DNA of 64,000 nt from Candidatus Micrarchaeia archaeon (GCA_049976845.1 JBMFHL010000001.1:32001-96000); one strand, 5' to 3'. Positions 37,352 through 47,587 are shown, counted from the first letter of the stretch. The notes: a model not told the origin generated them from the sequence alone. Numbers and translations are program-made.

Positions 37352-38092
37352 ATGAGTTCAGCAAACAAACCAGAACTTCTAATAAATGGAAGAAGATTGG
37401 ACAACAGGGATTTCGATGAGCTTAGGCCCATGAAAATAATCGCAGGTGTTTTGAAGAATGCAGATGGTTCTGCTTATATGGAATGGGGCAACAATAAGAT
37501 ATTTGCAGCAATCTATGGGCCACGGGAAGCTTTACCAAAGCACACCTCGGATCCAGAGAAAGCAGTTATAAAGTGCAGATATTCAATGGCGCCTTTTTCA
37601 TCATTGGAAGAGCACGGGCGCTCTGGGCCTAACAGGCGTGCAATAGAGATCTCAAAAGTAACCAAGGAGGTGTTCGAAAACGTTATAATAGCAGAAAACT
37701 TTCCTGGAAGTGAAATAAACATATTCATAGAGGTCTTGCAAAGCGACGGTGGCACAAGAGCAGCAGGAATAACTACCGCTGCCGTAGCATTGGCAACCTC
37801 TGGAATACCAATGCGCGATTTGCCATTTGCAGTTTCTGCAGGTAAAATAGGCGAGCAAGTAGTATTGGACTTGAATAAGATAGAAGATAACTATTCTGAT
37901 GCAGATATGCCTGTGGCAATGCTTCCAAGAACAGGCGAAGTGCTTCTTTTGCAGATGGATGGCTCATTGACAAGAGAGCAATTCTCCGAAGCATTCAGAA
38001 TGATAAAAAAGGCAGGGCAGACAATATCGAAGGTACAGAAAGACGCTTTAAAGGCGCCATATGAAAAAATTACAAACAAATACAAGGTGTAA
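37352..38092 (+). CDS. rrp41: Exosome subunit Rrp41
   Basis: ADGSAY, YGPRE, YSMAPFS, RR.IEIS, SDGGTR, EDNYSDADMP, LLQMDG. Confidence 0.93.
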   Translation: MSSANKPELLINGRRLDNRDFDELRPMKIIAGVLKNADGSAYMEWGNNKIFAAIYGPREALPKHTSDPEKAVIKCRYSMAPFSSLEEHGRSGPNRRAIEISKVTKEVFENVIIAENFPGSEINIFIEVLQSDGGTRAAGITTAAVALATSGIPMRDLPFAVSAGKIGEQVVLDLNKIEDNYSDADMPVAMLPRTGEVLLLQMDGSLTREQFSEAFRMIKKAGQTISKVQKDALKAPYEKITNKYKV

Positions 38093-38094
38093 GA

Positions 38095-38880
38095 ATGCAA
38101 ACAATAAATTCAGTTAAGGGTGCATATATAAAAGAGCTGCTAAACAAAGGCACAAGAGTGGGCAGAGGGATGTATGATTACAGAAGCATAAACATTGAGC
38201 AGGGTATGATACCACATGCCGAAGGCTCTGCTCAGGTTGATTTGGGCTATACGAAAGTGCTTGCCGGAGTAAAGATAGATATTGATGAGCCGATGCCCGA
38301 CAAGCCAGATGAAGGGAATCTGGTAATGTCTGCCGAGCTGTTGCCTCTCGCTTCTGCTGACTACGATGTTGGCCCTCCAAGTCCAGAAGCTATTGAGCTG
38401 GCAAGGGTAGTAGACAGGGGCATAAGGGCAGCCAACGTAATAGATACAAAATCTTTATTCATAAGTGAAGGCAAGGTATGGTCTGTGTTTATAGATATAT
38501 ACATACTAAATTATGATGGCAATCTTTTTGACGCAAGCACGCTTGCAGCCGTTGCGGCATTGTCAAATACAAGGATGCCAAAGTACGAAGACGAAAAGGT
38601 AATAAGGGAAGGCAATCTTGGCAAACTCAAGATTAGCAGTCTAGTGACATCATGCACATATGCAAAAATAGGCAATAATCTAATACTAGACCCTAACGGA
38701 GAAGAAGAATCAATAATGGACGCGCGCTTGACTATAGCAAATGATGAAGGCTATATAAGAGCAATGCAAAAGGGGCTAAGCGGTGCCTTCACGCAGCAAG
38801 AAATAGAAAAGCTTATAGATGAGACATTCGAAAAGTCTAAAGATTTAAGGGCTGCAATAAATAAGCTAAAAACTGATTGA
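38095..38880 (+). CDS. rrp42: Exosome subunit Rrp42
   Basis: AEGSAQV.LG.TKV.AGVK, GPP...AIELARVVDRGIR, DGNLFDA. Confidence 0.93.
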   Translation: MQTINSVKGAYIKELLNKGTRVGRGMYDYRSINIEQGMIPHAEGSAQVDLGYTKVLAGVKIDIDEPMPDKPDEGNLVMSAELLPLASADYDVGPPSPEAIELARVVDRGIRAANVIDTKSLFISEGKVWSVFIDIYILNYDGNLFDASTLAAVAALSNTRMPKYEDEKVIREGNLGKLKISSLVTSCTYAKIGNNLILDPNGEEESIMDARLTIANDEGYIRAMQKGLSGAFTQQEIEKLIDETFEKSKDLRAAINKLKTD

Positions 38881-38881
38881 T

Positions 38882-39124
38882 ATGGTAAATGCAAGCATAA
38901 GATACGGAGTAAGTCTCAGGAAGAGATACATGGCAGTGCAGAAAGAGAAGAAGGCAAGATATAAGTGCGATGTGTGCGGAAGATTGGCAGTCAAAAGAAT
39001 AAGCACAGGCATCTGGAAGTGCAAGCACTGTGGCGCCACATACGCCGGCGGTGCATATACCCTAAAGACATCAGCAGGAGAAACTGCGAACAGGATAATA
39101 ATGCAATATTTGCAAAGTGAGTAA
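38882..39124 (+). CDS. rpl37ae: 50S ribosomal protein L37Ae
   Basis: RYGVSLRK, CDVC, GIWKCKHC, AGGAY. Confidence 0.93.
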   Translation: MVNASIRYGVSLRKRYMAVQKEKKARYKCDVCGRLAVKRISTGIWKCKHCGATYAGGAYTLKTSAGETANRIIMQYLQSE

Positions 39125-39490
39125 ATGGTAAAAATAGAGTATTCGCCTGCTACCGAACTGGTGGTGCACGAAGTAATTAAAGTAGATAAGGAAGATTTGC
39201 TTAGGGAGAGGGTGACGCCATCAGGCACAATGCCGCTATACTGGTGCGATGGCATACTATTTAGCTTCTCGTCCCTGCCCATGACAGATGACGTGATAAA
39301 AGATTATCTTAAAGGAAAAATACACTGGCTCGAGGTGCATTTTGCCAAAATGGACGAGTACACACCAATACTCACATTGAATGAGGAGGAGTATAAAGCC
39401 ACTATGAATGTAAGAATAATAGACACGAGTAGCTCGCAGCTCCATAAGGAGTTTTCAAAGTGGCTAAAATCAAACATAAAAGGAAAATAG
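39125..39490 (+). CDS. Hypothetical protein inside the exosome superoperon
   Basis: 121-aa ORF abutting rpl37ae; LYWCDGILF, RIID motifs. Confidence 0.65.
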   Translation: MVKIEYSPATELVVHEVIKVDKEDLLRERVTPSGTMPLYWCDGILFSFSSLPMTDDVIKDYLKGKIHWLEVHFAKMDEYTPILTLNEEEYKATMNVRIIDTSSSQLHKEFSKWLKSNIKGK

Positions 39491-39511
39491 AAAAATAGAC
39501 GAGGCGATAGA

Positions 39512-39643
39512 ATGGCGTATGTGTGTTTGCAATGCGGAAAGCAGATAAAAGACATCTCAAATTTCATAAGGTGTCCGTACTGTGGCTACAGGGTAATTGC
39601 AAAAGAAAGGTCTTCCCTAGCCAGAGAAGTATCTACAGACTAG
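39512..39643 (+). CDS. rpoP: RNA polymerase subunit Rpo12/RpoP (43 aa; below the ORF-track cutoff)
   Basis: MAYVCLQCGKQIKDISNFIRCPYCGYRVIAKERSSLAREVSTD; GAGGCG SD; canonical position. Confidence 0.92.
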   Translation: MAYVCLQCGKQIKDISNFIRCPYCGYRVIAKERSSLAREVSTD

Positions 39644-39650
39644 AAACAGG

Positions 39651-39899
39651 CTATTCTTCTCCTACTATAATAGTTTCTGCAATACTTTTAACCCTCTTGT
39701 ACAATATGCTGTTTTTTGAAAGATCCCTTTTCACATCCTCGCTCTTTGCGAGGCTCTCCAACTTTGTGGTAAGCAAGTGAGATACTGATCCGTTTTCAAC
39801 ATCTAAAACAACAGCCTTTACATCGCCAAGCATCTTTCCAGCAGAAGTTATAATTTTCTTCCCATACAATTCAGACAAGTTAATTCCCATAATATTCAC
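39651..39899 (-). CDS. PRC-barrel domain protein (CdpB-like)
   Basis: LSELYGKKIITSAGKMLGDVKAVVLDVENG...VKSIAETIIV. Confidence 0.8.
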   Translation of the reverse strand: MNIMGINLSELYGKKIITSAGKMLGDVKAVVLDVENGSVSHLLTTKLESLAKSEDVKRDLSKNSILYKRVKSIAETIIVGEE

Positions 39900-40456
39900 T
39901 TCTTTATACTAATTCTCATAATTTTCTTAGAAGCAAAAATTCTTATTATATACTCTTTCAGCTCGTTTACAAATGCACCCTCATCCTTCTCTCTTTCTGC
40001 AAGCTCCTCTTTAGTAAATAGCTCCATATTCAAGCGTATAAGCGTCTTCAAATACGTGTCTGTCAGCGAATAAAATTTCTGGCCGCATGAGGTGCATACA
40101 AATATAGGCATGGTCTGCACTTTCGAAAGTAGCCTTGTGTCTATAAGGTCAAGTTCTCTTCTTATACTCCTTTTCCCACACTTGCTGCATTCTGCATTGA
40201 TATGTACTCCTTCATAAAAGGGCTTGTCAATTATATTGTATGTATATGCCCCATTTGGAGTGTGCCTTCTCAAAGCTTCTATCCCATCATCAGCATTCTC
40301 CAGGCTTTGCCCAAGCACTTCTCCATCTTCATTAAACTCTGTAACCAAGAAACCCCTCATTATACGTTCAGAAAGCACAGTCCTCTTTTCGTTACCATAG
40401 TAAAAATCGGCCTTAAGCCTGCCATCCGGACTCCTAAACACATCAACACTATTCAT
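39896..40456 (-). CDS. Hypothetical Zn-ribbon protein
   Basis: CSKCG...CTSCG; overlaps both neighbours by 4 nt. Confidence 0.65.
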   Translation of the reverse strand: MNSVDVFRSPDGRLKADFYYGNEKRTVLSERIMRGFLVTEFNEDGEVLGQSLENADDGIEALRRHTPNGAYTYNIIDKPFYEGVHINAECSKCGKRSIRRELDLIDTRLLSKVQTMPIFVCTSCGQKFYSLTDTYLKTLIRLNMELFTKEELAEREKDEGAFVNELKEYIIRIFASKKIMRISIKK

Positions 40457-40662
40457 CCATGCCTCACTACATACTCCATTATGTCTTCTTTAGTAATCTT
40501 CTCCCTTTTTTTCTGTTTTGCATTCTTTACTGCAAATTTCGATATTTCCATCGCCTTGCTTTCAAGCAATTTTGCTACTGCATCTATCCCATCGTCAGTT
40601 ATATTGGCTTTGGTATATTTTTTAATCAACTTCTTTATGTTACCTCTAGATAGGCTTGCCAT
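40453..40662 (-). CDS. Histone-fold protein (atypical archaeal histone)
   Basis: 69 aa from ATG 40662 (GGTGG SD): IKKLIK...ITDDG..A...LE....EI...A...A...KREKITKEDI. Confidence 0.75.
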   Translation of the reverse strand: MASLSRGNIKKLIKKYTKANITDDGIDAVAKLLESKAMEISKFAVKNAKQKKREKITKEDIMEYVVRHG

Positions 40663-40871
40663 ATTGCCACCTTCCACAGTTTTGCCTAATTCAGCACTCA
40701 AGATCCTCATCACGACATCAGAAAAGATCTCATCACAATAGTATTTGCGCAATGCTCTTATTTAATACTTTTCTCAATAAGAATTTATCATGCAGCAAAT
40801 TCCTTATCAAATCAAAACAACATTTAAATATTTTCTGTGACAATATATACACTTACGATTTTTGTGATATA

Positions 40872-41198
40872 ATGGCGATAGCAGATATAGATAAAAATTC
40901 GTTCGAAAGCGAGGTATTGAAATCAAAGCTACCTGTAGTAATAGACTTCTGGGCAGAATGGTGCGGTCCGTGCAGGATATTCTCACCCGTATTAGAAAGT
41001 ATATCTAAGAATTATGAAAATAAGGTAAAATTTTACAAGTTGAACACTGATGAGAATCCTGAAATTGCTGTTGCATATAATGTGATGAGCATACCTACGG
41101 CAATGCTCTTCGAAAATGGAGAAGTGAAGGCAATATCTATAGGTGCAATTCCTCCAGAGTCCCTAAAAAAATGGCTCGACGACAATTTGAAAAAATAA
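40872..41198 (+). CDS. trxA: Thioredoxin
   Basis: DFWAEWCGPC, SIPT; probable ATG at 40872. Confidence 0.93.
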   Translation: MAIADIDKNSFESEVLKSKLPVVIDFWAEWCGPCRIFSPVLESISKNYENKVKFYKLNTDENPEIAVAYNVMSIPTAMLFENGEVKAISIGAIPPESLKKWLDDNLKK

Positions 41199-41285
41199 TC
41201 TCCCAAAATATAGTGACACGCGTCTAATCTGCCAAAGAATAAAAAGCTATAAAGAGTACCATAGCAAATAATATCAGGTAAGTAG

Positions 41286-42563
41286 ATGGTAGATATATCT
41301 TTGCCTAGAGGGACACGAGATTTTAACCCTAGCGAAAGCATGCTACGCAAGGAAATTATAGCAATTATAGAGGAAGTATTCAAGAGATTTGGCTTTTATC
41401 CAATAGAAACCCCGAGTATTGAGACCCTTGATGTGCTGAATGCAAAAACATACGGAGAAGAGTCGACAAAGGAAATATACAAGATAGAAGGAGAGAATAA
41501 CGGCCTTATATACGATTTTACAGTCCCTATGTCTAGATACATAGCAATGAATAGGAACATGCCCTTGCCTTTCAAGCGCTATCAAATAGGGAACATATGG
41601 AGGAAGGATGAACCCCAACACATGCGCTACAGGCAGTTTACACAGGCCGATATGGATATAGTGGGAAGCGACGAAGTAATAAGCGATGCAGAAGTAGTTG
41701 CAGCTGCAGCAATGGCGCTAGACAGCCTAGGCATAAAAGGATACAAAATCCTCATAAACGACAGGATGATACTGGATGCAGTACTTTCATTATTTAATAT
41801 AGAATCCCAGAAGCACATGCAGATAATAAGGCTCATAGACAAAATCCCAAAGCTCGGTGCAACTACAGTAATAGAGCAAATAGCAGGTCTTGGTATAGAG
41901 CGTAAGGTAGCTGAAGAATTAATTTCATTCCTGACAAAAGAGGGAGACAATGAAAGCAAATTAGAGAGCATAAGATCAAACATTAGCGGCATTGAAAAAG
42001 AAGTGGACAAGTTTGTCCAACTCTTGGAATTGATAAGCAAATATCCACTGCTTGGTGAAGTAACAATAGACCTCTCGCTTGCAAGAGGTTTAGATTATTA
42101 TACAAGCTTCGTATGGGAATTTGTAATGTACAATGATGGAAAGCGTCTTCCAACCATAGTTGGAGGGGGCAGGTTTGACAATCTTATCGGAATCTTCTCA
42201 AAAAGCAGGCTCCCTGCAACAGGCATTTCTTTGGGCATAGACAGACTTATGGATCTGTACAAAGTGGATAATGAAAAGAGAACATATGCGAAGGTCTTTG
42301 TAGCATATATTGGCGATAATCTGAATTATGCGGTAAGCATTACAAACGCGATAAGAGCAAAAGGCATATATACGGACCTCAACATCATAAAGCGCAGCAT
42401 CTCCAAGCAGCTTGAATATGCAAACAGCATGAAGTTCAAATACACTATTATCATTGGAGATAACGAGGTTAAGGCCGCACAGGTGAGGGTGCGCGACATG
42501 GTCTCTGGCAAGGAAGAGCTTTTAAGCCTAAATGAGGCAATAGGTCTAATCAGTGGTGAGTGA
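41286..42563 (+). CDS. hisS: Histidyl-tRNA synthetase
   Basis: PRGTRDF, YDFTVP, RYRQFTQ.D.DIVG, ARGLDYYT, GGGRFDNL, G.SLGIDR. Confidence 0.95.
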   Translation: MVDISLPRGTRDFNPSESMLRKEIIAIIEEVFKRFGFYPIETPSIETLDVLNAKTYGEESTKEIYKIEGENNGLIYDFTVPMSRYIAMNRNMPLPFKRYQIGNIWRKDEPQHMRYRQFTQADMDIVGSDEVISDAEVVAAAAMALDSLGIKGYKILINDRMILDAVLSLFNIESQKHMQIIRLIDKIPKLGATTVIEQIAGLGIERKVAEELISFLTKEGDNESKLESIRSNISGIEKEVDKFVQLLELISKYPLLGEVTIDLSLARGLDYYTSFVWEFVMYNDGKRLPTIVGGGRFDNLIGIFSKSRLPATGISLGIDRLMDLYKVDNEKRTYAKVFVAYIGDNLNYAVSITNAIRAKGIYTDLNIIKRSISKQLEYANSMKFKYTIIIGDNEVKAAQVRVRDMVSGKEELLSLNEAIGLISGE

Positions 42564-43077
42564 ATTGAAGAAGGAAGGAGTAGAGGAGGTAACAAAAGCA
42601 GCAATAGAAAGTGGTGGTATACTTGCGAAAGCGTATTTCGACATGCAAAGCGAGAAGGCCGAAGACCTACAGCCGTTGATGACGGAACTGGTAAACAATA
42701 GCATATTGAAAGCAAAAGGCGTAATCTACTGCTTCGGGAGCATAGACGAACCCATCAAAATAGGGGAAAACCTATATTCCACAAATGCGGTTCTTACTAT
42801 ACTGTTCAAGGATTTGGGAGCATTGATAAACGTAGCATTCAATTACTCCCCTGCAGGCGTAGAGATATTGAAACCTGAAAATGAGTATATATTAAAGACA
42901 AGTGAACTTCAATCAATAATCCTAGACATTTCACAGATAGCGTTGAGCTATTCACAATACATATTAAACAAAGTATTGACAAAGGAAGACTTGGAAAAGC
43001 TGAAAATTAATTTAGATCAAAGGGAGAAGTTAGGCAGAAAGCTCCTAGAAGACTCAAAGAAGAAAGGTAGCGCATAA
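42553..43077 (+). CDS. Hypothetical protein
   Basis: 174-aa ORF overlapping hisS; YSPAGVEILKP. Confidence 0.65.
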   Translation: MVSELKKEGVEEVTKAAIESGGILAKAYFDMQSEKAEDLQPLMTELVNNSILKAKGVIYCFGSIDEPIKIGENLYSTNAVLTILFKDLGALINVAFNYSPAGVEILKPENEYILKTSELQSIILDISQIALSYSQYILNKVLTKEDLEKLKINLDQREKLGRKLLEDSKKKGSA

Positions 43078-43082
43078 GCATT

Positions 43083-44183
43083 CTATTTTGCAAATCCCCT
43101 TAGGAAGAACCTCTTGAGCATAATGCTTGGTCTGTCCATGTCTCCATATCTGCTCATAAAATCTTCGAATTTAAGCGCCTTCATGCTCTTTCCAAGCAAG
43201 TCCAACTCCCTATTGTTCATAGAGGAATAAAGATTATTTATGAGCTTATGCAGCCTTATGTCTAATTCGAATCTGCGCCTCCATTCTTTTTCATAAGTAA
43301 CAAGACTAGCTGCCTTGTCAAAATGATTTGCTATTGCATCTGCTGCAAGCAGTGCGGCATTCCCCCCGAATATTATGCCACCGCCAGTCGAAGCTTTAAC
43401 TTGTCCAGCAGCGTCTCCAATAAGCAACACTCCATTCTTTTCGTCTACAAACTTCTTTCTCAACTCTATTGGTATAATGCTTGCCCCCTTAGTCACAACC
43501 CTAATCTCTGAAAACTTTTCTCTTAACTTAGGCATATGTATAAATTGTTTGAATGCATTCATGCTGTTCCCTCGCTTTGAATCAATTCCTACTCCAACCT
43601 CTGTGTTATCTCCATGTGGAGCTATCCATCCAAACATGCCTGGCGTTAACATGTTATTAAAGAACAATTCAACTAATCTATCATTCTCACTCTTTATTCT
43701 GTATTCAGCCTTGTAGGTAAGTAAATATCTCCCTATGCCAGGGAATCTAAAATGCCTCGCAACAGAAGAGACTGCACCATCCGCGCCCACAACTATATTT
43801 GATCTCCTGAGCTCCGCCAAAGACCTCTCTGTAACACCTTCGTCGTAATTAATGGTAGCTCCAGAGCCCGCAGCATCTTCCCTGCACAACTCGTTGAGTT
43901 TGCTCCTATCAATTACATAAGCCTGGGTTTTCTTACTCTCGACCCTTAAAGAAACGCTTGGGAAGTGTATCAAAGCCCCGTCCAGCTTGTTAAGAATGCC
44001 CTCCCTGTAATTTATGTCGAGTCCCTGCAGCCCAGAAACTGACAATATACCAGAAGCGTTGTTTATCTGAGCAGTGCTTTTTTTCCTCTCATACACATTC
44101 ACTTTCTTATCAAGTCTAGCAAGCCTGGCTGCCGATATAAGCCCTGCGGTACCAGCACCTATAATAACCACTCTTTTCTCCAT
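43083..44183 (-). CDS. Geranylgeranyl-reductase-family FAD oxidoreductase
   Basis: GAGTAG, VGADG, FGWIAP, IGDAAGQVKASTGGGI. Confidence 0.8.
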   Translation of the reverse strand: MEKRVVIIGAGTAGLISAARLARLDKKVNVYERKKSTAQINNASGILSVSGLQGLDINYREGILNKLDGALIHFPSVSLRVESKKTQAYVIDRSKLNELCREDAAGSGATINYDEGVTERSLAELRRSNIVVGADGAVSSVARHFRFPGIGRYLLTYKAEYRIKSENDRLVELFFNNMLTPGMFGWIAPHGDNTEVGVGIDSKRGNSMNAFKQFIHMPKLREKFSEIRVVTKGASIIPIELRKKFVDEKNGVLLIGDAAGQVKASTGGGIIFGGNAALLAADAIANHFDKAASLVTYEKEWRRRFELDIRLHKLINNLYSSMNNRELDLLGKSMKALKFEDFMSRYGDMDRPSIMLKRFFLRGFAK

Positions 44184-44395
44184 TCTGTCACAGCAAACTA
44201 CTATACTATTTTACAATCCTGCTTATAAATTTAAACAATGACATATTTTAACGACAAATCCTAAAAATAAAGATACCAATATATAACTTACGCATTAATT
44301 ATCTTTAAACATCTCTGCATAATCTTATAGATGCTTAGATAGACAATAAATATACCAAATGCATAAATATACAAGAATGAATTAGGTAGGTGAAG

Positions 44396-47300
44396 ATGTC
44401 TTTGCTGCTTGTAATAATAGAGGCTTTTTTCTCAATAGTAGTGCCAGGAGTATTGTTATCACTTGCACTGCTTAAGAAGACAAAACTCCCTATGTTTGAG
44501 ATAGTTGTGATAGGCTTCATACTCGGGCTCATCTTCCCTCCAGTGATGGTATGGCTTGAATCCTACTTAATCCCTTACATACATGTTTTTTCATTTTCGG
44601 GTTCGCTTTACAACATAAATGTTGTACTGCTTACTATATTAGGTATAATACTGTGCTTTCAGCAGAAAGTATTTACCAAGAATCAGATTAAAAAACTCCT
44701 TGGCCCAGAAAGCTCAGAATCAGAAGCAAGGCAGAAATATATCGCATCTTCGAAGGAGAGCATAGCATTGCTGAGAAATGAGCTTTCAGAGATAGGTATA
44801 GGTTTAGAGTTGACCAAAAAGCACGAAGCAGAGGAAAAGGAGCTTGAAAAGAAGCATGAAACAGAAGAAACCCTTCTTTCAAGCATGAGTGAAGAAGAGA
44901 GAAACAAAATCTTAAACCTTCACAAGGAGGAAGAGAGGAAGCTTATAGAGGAGCACGAAGCAGAGGAAAAGGAGCTGCTAAAAGTACACAAGGAAAAGAA
45001 AGAAGCAGGAATGCCGATAGTGTGGACTATACTACTGCTTCTAATGGCGCTTTCATTTGTGACAAGAATAGTAAACATAGGCGTAGCTCCAAACTATTTT
45101 GAATTCGACCCTTACTATGACATGATAAGTGCGCAATATATATTGACCTACGGGTACCAGTTGTTGTATGACCATTCTGCGTGGCCCACGCTTGCAAATG
45201 GAACAATACACAGAATACAGCCGATAGTGCCATACCTAGAAGCATACTGGTACGATTTAGCGAATACACACGCAGCGTCAGCGACTAGCGTAGACACAAC
45301 ACTATTAAGCTTGGTAAGCAGCTATTACCCTCCAATCATGGCAGCACTGCTAGTTTTTGTGGTATTCATGCTGCTCTATCACGAATACGGCCGCTTCCCA
45401 GCATTGGTAGGTGCTTCGATTGCGGCAAGCATGCCGGCGCTGATAACTACATTTATTGCAGGAGAGCAGCTGCTTGAGCCTTGGGGTATCTTTGCGATGT
45501 TCTTCTTCTATGCTGCATATCTGCTTGCCGTGAATAACACGAAAGAGAAAAGGTTTGCAGTACTTGCAGGCATAGCCTATGCATCAACATTCCTCGGTGC
45601 CCACTACTATACAGTTACTGCTGGGGTACTGGCAATATATATAGTGCTCCAAGGCATAATACACGTTCTCAAGAATGAAGACATGCGCGAGTTTTACAAG
45701 GTAAACGCAATTGTAATAGCAGTGTTCACAATATTCTATCTTTTATACATGCCCTACTCAGCAACGCTAACCGAAAGAATTCCAAATGTGATAGGCATAC
45801 CCGTAATAATCGCATTTCCTCTCTTTGCGCTGATATTTGCCTTTGTATTAGAATATCTGTCCAGAAGGTATTCAAAGCTTATAGAAGGAAACAAAGTAGC
45901 TATAGCAATAGCATCTATAATCTCAATCATAGGCATATTTGTAATAGCAGTCGAAGTGCTTCTGGGCAGGTTCAATAAAGATATAAAAGCGCTATCTAGG
46001 TTCAGCGTTGCATCGGTTCTAGGCTTTATAATACTCCTTCTAATACTCCTGACTCCGCTAGGCAAGCCTGTAGACAAATACGTTGCATTGAGCACACATT
46101 TCATAACGCCTTCAATACCTTTGTTCATGACGGTGCAAGAATATGAACCGACAGGCATAAACTTCAATTTTGGCTCTGCAGGCTTCGGTATAATAGGTTT
46201 GAGTATAGGTGGCGTTAATATATTGTTGTGGCTTATACTTGCGTTATTCACTGCATTTGAGCTTGCCGCAATATACTACAGGAATTCAAGGATAAGCATA
46301 CTGATGCTTGCTGCTGTTTGGCCTCTTGCAATAGCTGGTATGGTAGAAGTGAAATACCTGCCACACTTCGGTGTAGGTTACATACTTGCAATTGGCGTCA
46401 TAATAGGAGAACTTATAATGTTCGTAAAGAACGGCTATAGCTTTAATCCTAAGAAATCTGAGCCTTACAATAAACAGGCACTTAACGGACTCTATGCGAT
46501 AAGCATATTTGTAATCTTATTAGAAGCCACTTCGCTAATCTCTGTATTCTCAGCAGCAATGAATCAAAATTGCAATGCAATAATTTCAAGCAACAATGCA
46601 ATAGGATATGATTTGTTCTGCAATCAAGTGCCTAACTACTGGCTTTCAGCAACCAACTGGATGCGTGCAAATGTCGGTCCTTTCGGGCCAAGAATACTAT
46701 CCTGGTGGGACTACGGCGACTGGATTAACTGGTTCGGAAACAGCAACGCAGTGCTCAGAGGGGACAATGCAGTTGCGACACTAGACTATGCAACCGCAGC
46801 TCAATATGTTCTAGGTCCAGCTGATGGTTTCGGTGCCGGAGAAATTGCCAATTTCATGAATAATGTTGTGCAAGCTAAATATCTACTATTGGATGATCAA
46901 ATAATGCCTAAATGGGGTGCCCTCGACTTCCTTGCATGCATAGATGTAAACGAGACAAGTATGCAGTATGCCGAAGCACAGGGCGCAGCTGAGAATCCGC
47001 CACAGCCTTATGCGCTTGGCACTTCTTCGTGCGAACTGAATCACGATCCCATATTTGCATTGGTTCCATTTAATGCAACCAGCATAAGCAGCTACTGCCA
47101 GTTTTCAAATTCTACAGTAACAGCAGTGAAGTTGTTGCTTCTGACGGGCAATCAGCAATATGTAAATGGCACCTACTGCCTGCCGACAAGCTTTTACAAT
47201 TCTACAAAACCTGTTAACTTATACAATTCAAAAGGCGTAAAAATAGCCAACGCGTTTATAATACCCAACGGGGAGTTCTACTATGGTCCCGTAAAAATTT

Positions 47301-47587
47301 ACGGGCAGGAATTCCTTGACTTTATGGTTGTATATACCCCGAATGGGCCAAATGAAACGATAACGAATGCGCCATCAGAGTTCTATTCATCAAACTATTA
47401 TAGGGGCTTCTTCTTCGGAAAGCTACCCGGGTTCTCCCTAGTGTATCCAAAGAATTTTACAGGCATAAACTATATCAACTCTACAAACCCTATAATGATA
47501 CTTCAGCTTAACAACTATTCAGGTAAATTACCATACGTAACCCCAAAGCCAAGCTGGGTAAAAAATAATTACACAATGCCTGGTTGA
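44396..47587 (+). CDS. aglB: Oligosaccharyltransferase AglB (STT3) with N-terminal extension
   Basis: EFDPYY, TVQEYEP, WWDYG.W, multi-TM core; followed by a GT4 gene. Confidence 0.9.
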   Translation: MSLLLVIIEAFFSIVVPGVLLSLALLKKTKLPMFEIVVIGFILGLIFPPVMVWLESYLIPYIHVFSFSGSLYNINVVLLTILGIILCFQQKVFTKNQIKKLLGPESSESEARQKYIASSKESIALLRNELSEIGIGLELTKKHEAEEKELEKKHETEETLLSSMSEEERNKILNLHKEEERKLIEEHEAEEKELLKVHKEKKEAGMPIVWTILLLLMALSFVTRIVNIGVAPNYFEFDPYYDMISAQYILTYGYQLLYDHSAWPTLANGTIHRIQPIVPYLEAYWYDLANTHAASATSVDTTLLSLVSSYYPPIMAALLVFVVFMLLYHEYGRFPALVGASIAASMPALITTFIAGEQLLEPWGIFAMFFFYAAYLLAVNNTKEKRFAVLAGIAYASTFLGAHYYTVTAGVLAIYIVLQGIIHVLKNEDMREFYKVNAIVIAVFTIFYLLYMPYSATLTERIPNVIGIPVIIAFPLFALIFAFVLEYLSRRYSKLIEGNKVAIAIASIISIIGIFVIAVEVLLGRFNKDIKALSRFSVASVLGFIILLLILLTPLGKPVDKYVALSTHFITPSIPLFMTVQEYEPTGINFNFGSAGFGIIGLSIGGVNILLWLILALFTAFELAAIYYRNSRISILMLAAVWPLAIAGMVEVKYLPHFGVGYILAIGVIIGELIMFVKNGYSFNPKKSEPYNKQALNGLYAISIFVILLEATSLISVFSAAMNQNCNAIISSNNAIGYDLFCNQVPNYWLSATNWMRANVGPFGPRILSWWDYGDWINWFGNSNAVLRGDNAVATLDYATAAQYVLGPADGFGAGEIANFMNNVVQAKYLLLDDQIMPKWGALDFLACIDVNETSMQYAEAQGAAENPPQPYALGTSSCELNHDPIFALVPFNATSISSYCQFSNSTVTAVKLLLLTGNQQYVNGTYCLPTSFYNSTKPVNLYNSKGVKIANAFIIPNGEFYYGPVKIYGQEFLDFMVVYTPNGPNETITNAPSEFYSSNYYRGFFFGKLPGFSLVYPKNFTGINYINSTNPIMILQLNNYSGKLPYVTPKPSWVKNNYTMPG
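44820..44976 (+). repeat. 25-nt direct repeat within aglB (44820-44844 and 44952-44976)
   Basis: AGCACGAAGCAGAGGAAAAGGAGCT twice, 132 nt (44 codons) apart, encoding HEAEEKEL. Confidence 0.85.

Noticed and set aside
39523..39780. 85-aa plus-strand ORF
   Set aside because: Wrong frame over rpoP, and it overlaps the convergent PRC-barrel gene.
40656..40871. N-terminal extensions on thioredoxin and the histone as given in the ORF track
   Set aside because: Downstream ATGs with SD-like motifs give canonical lengths; the region is better read as divergent promoters.
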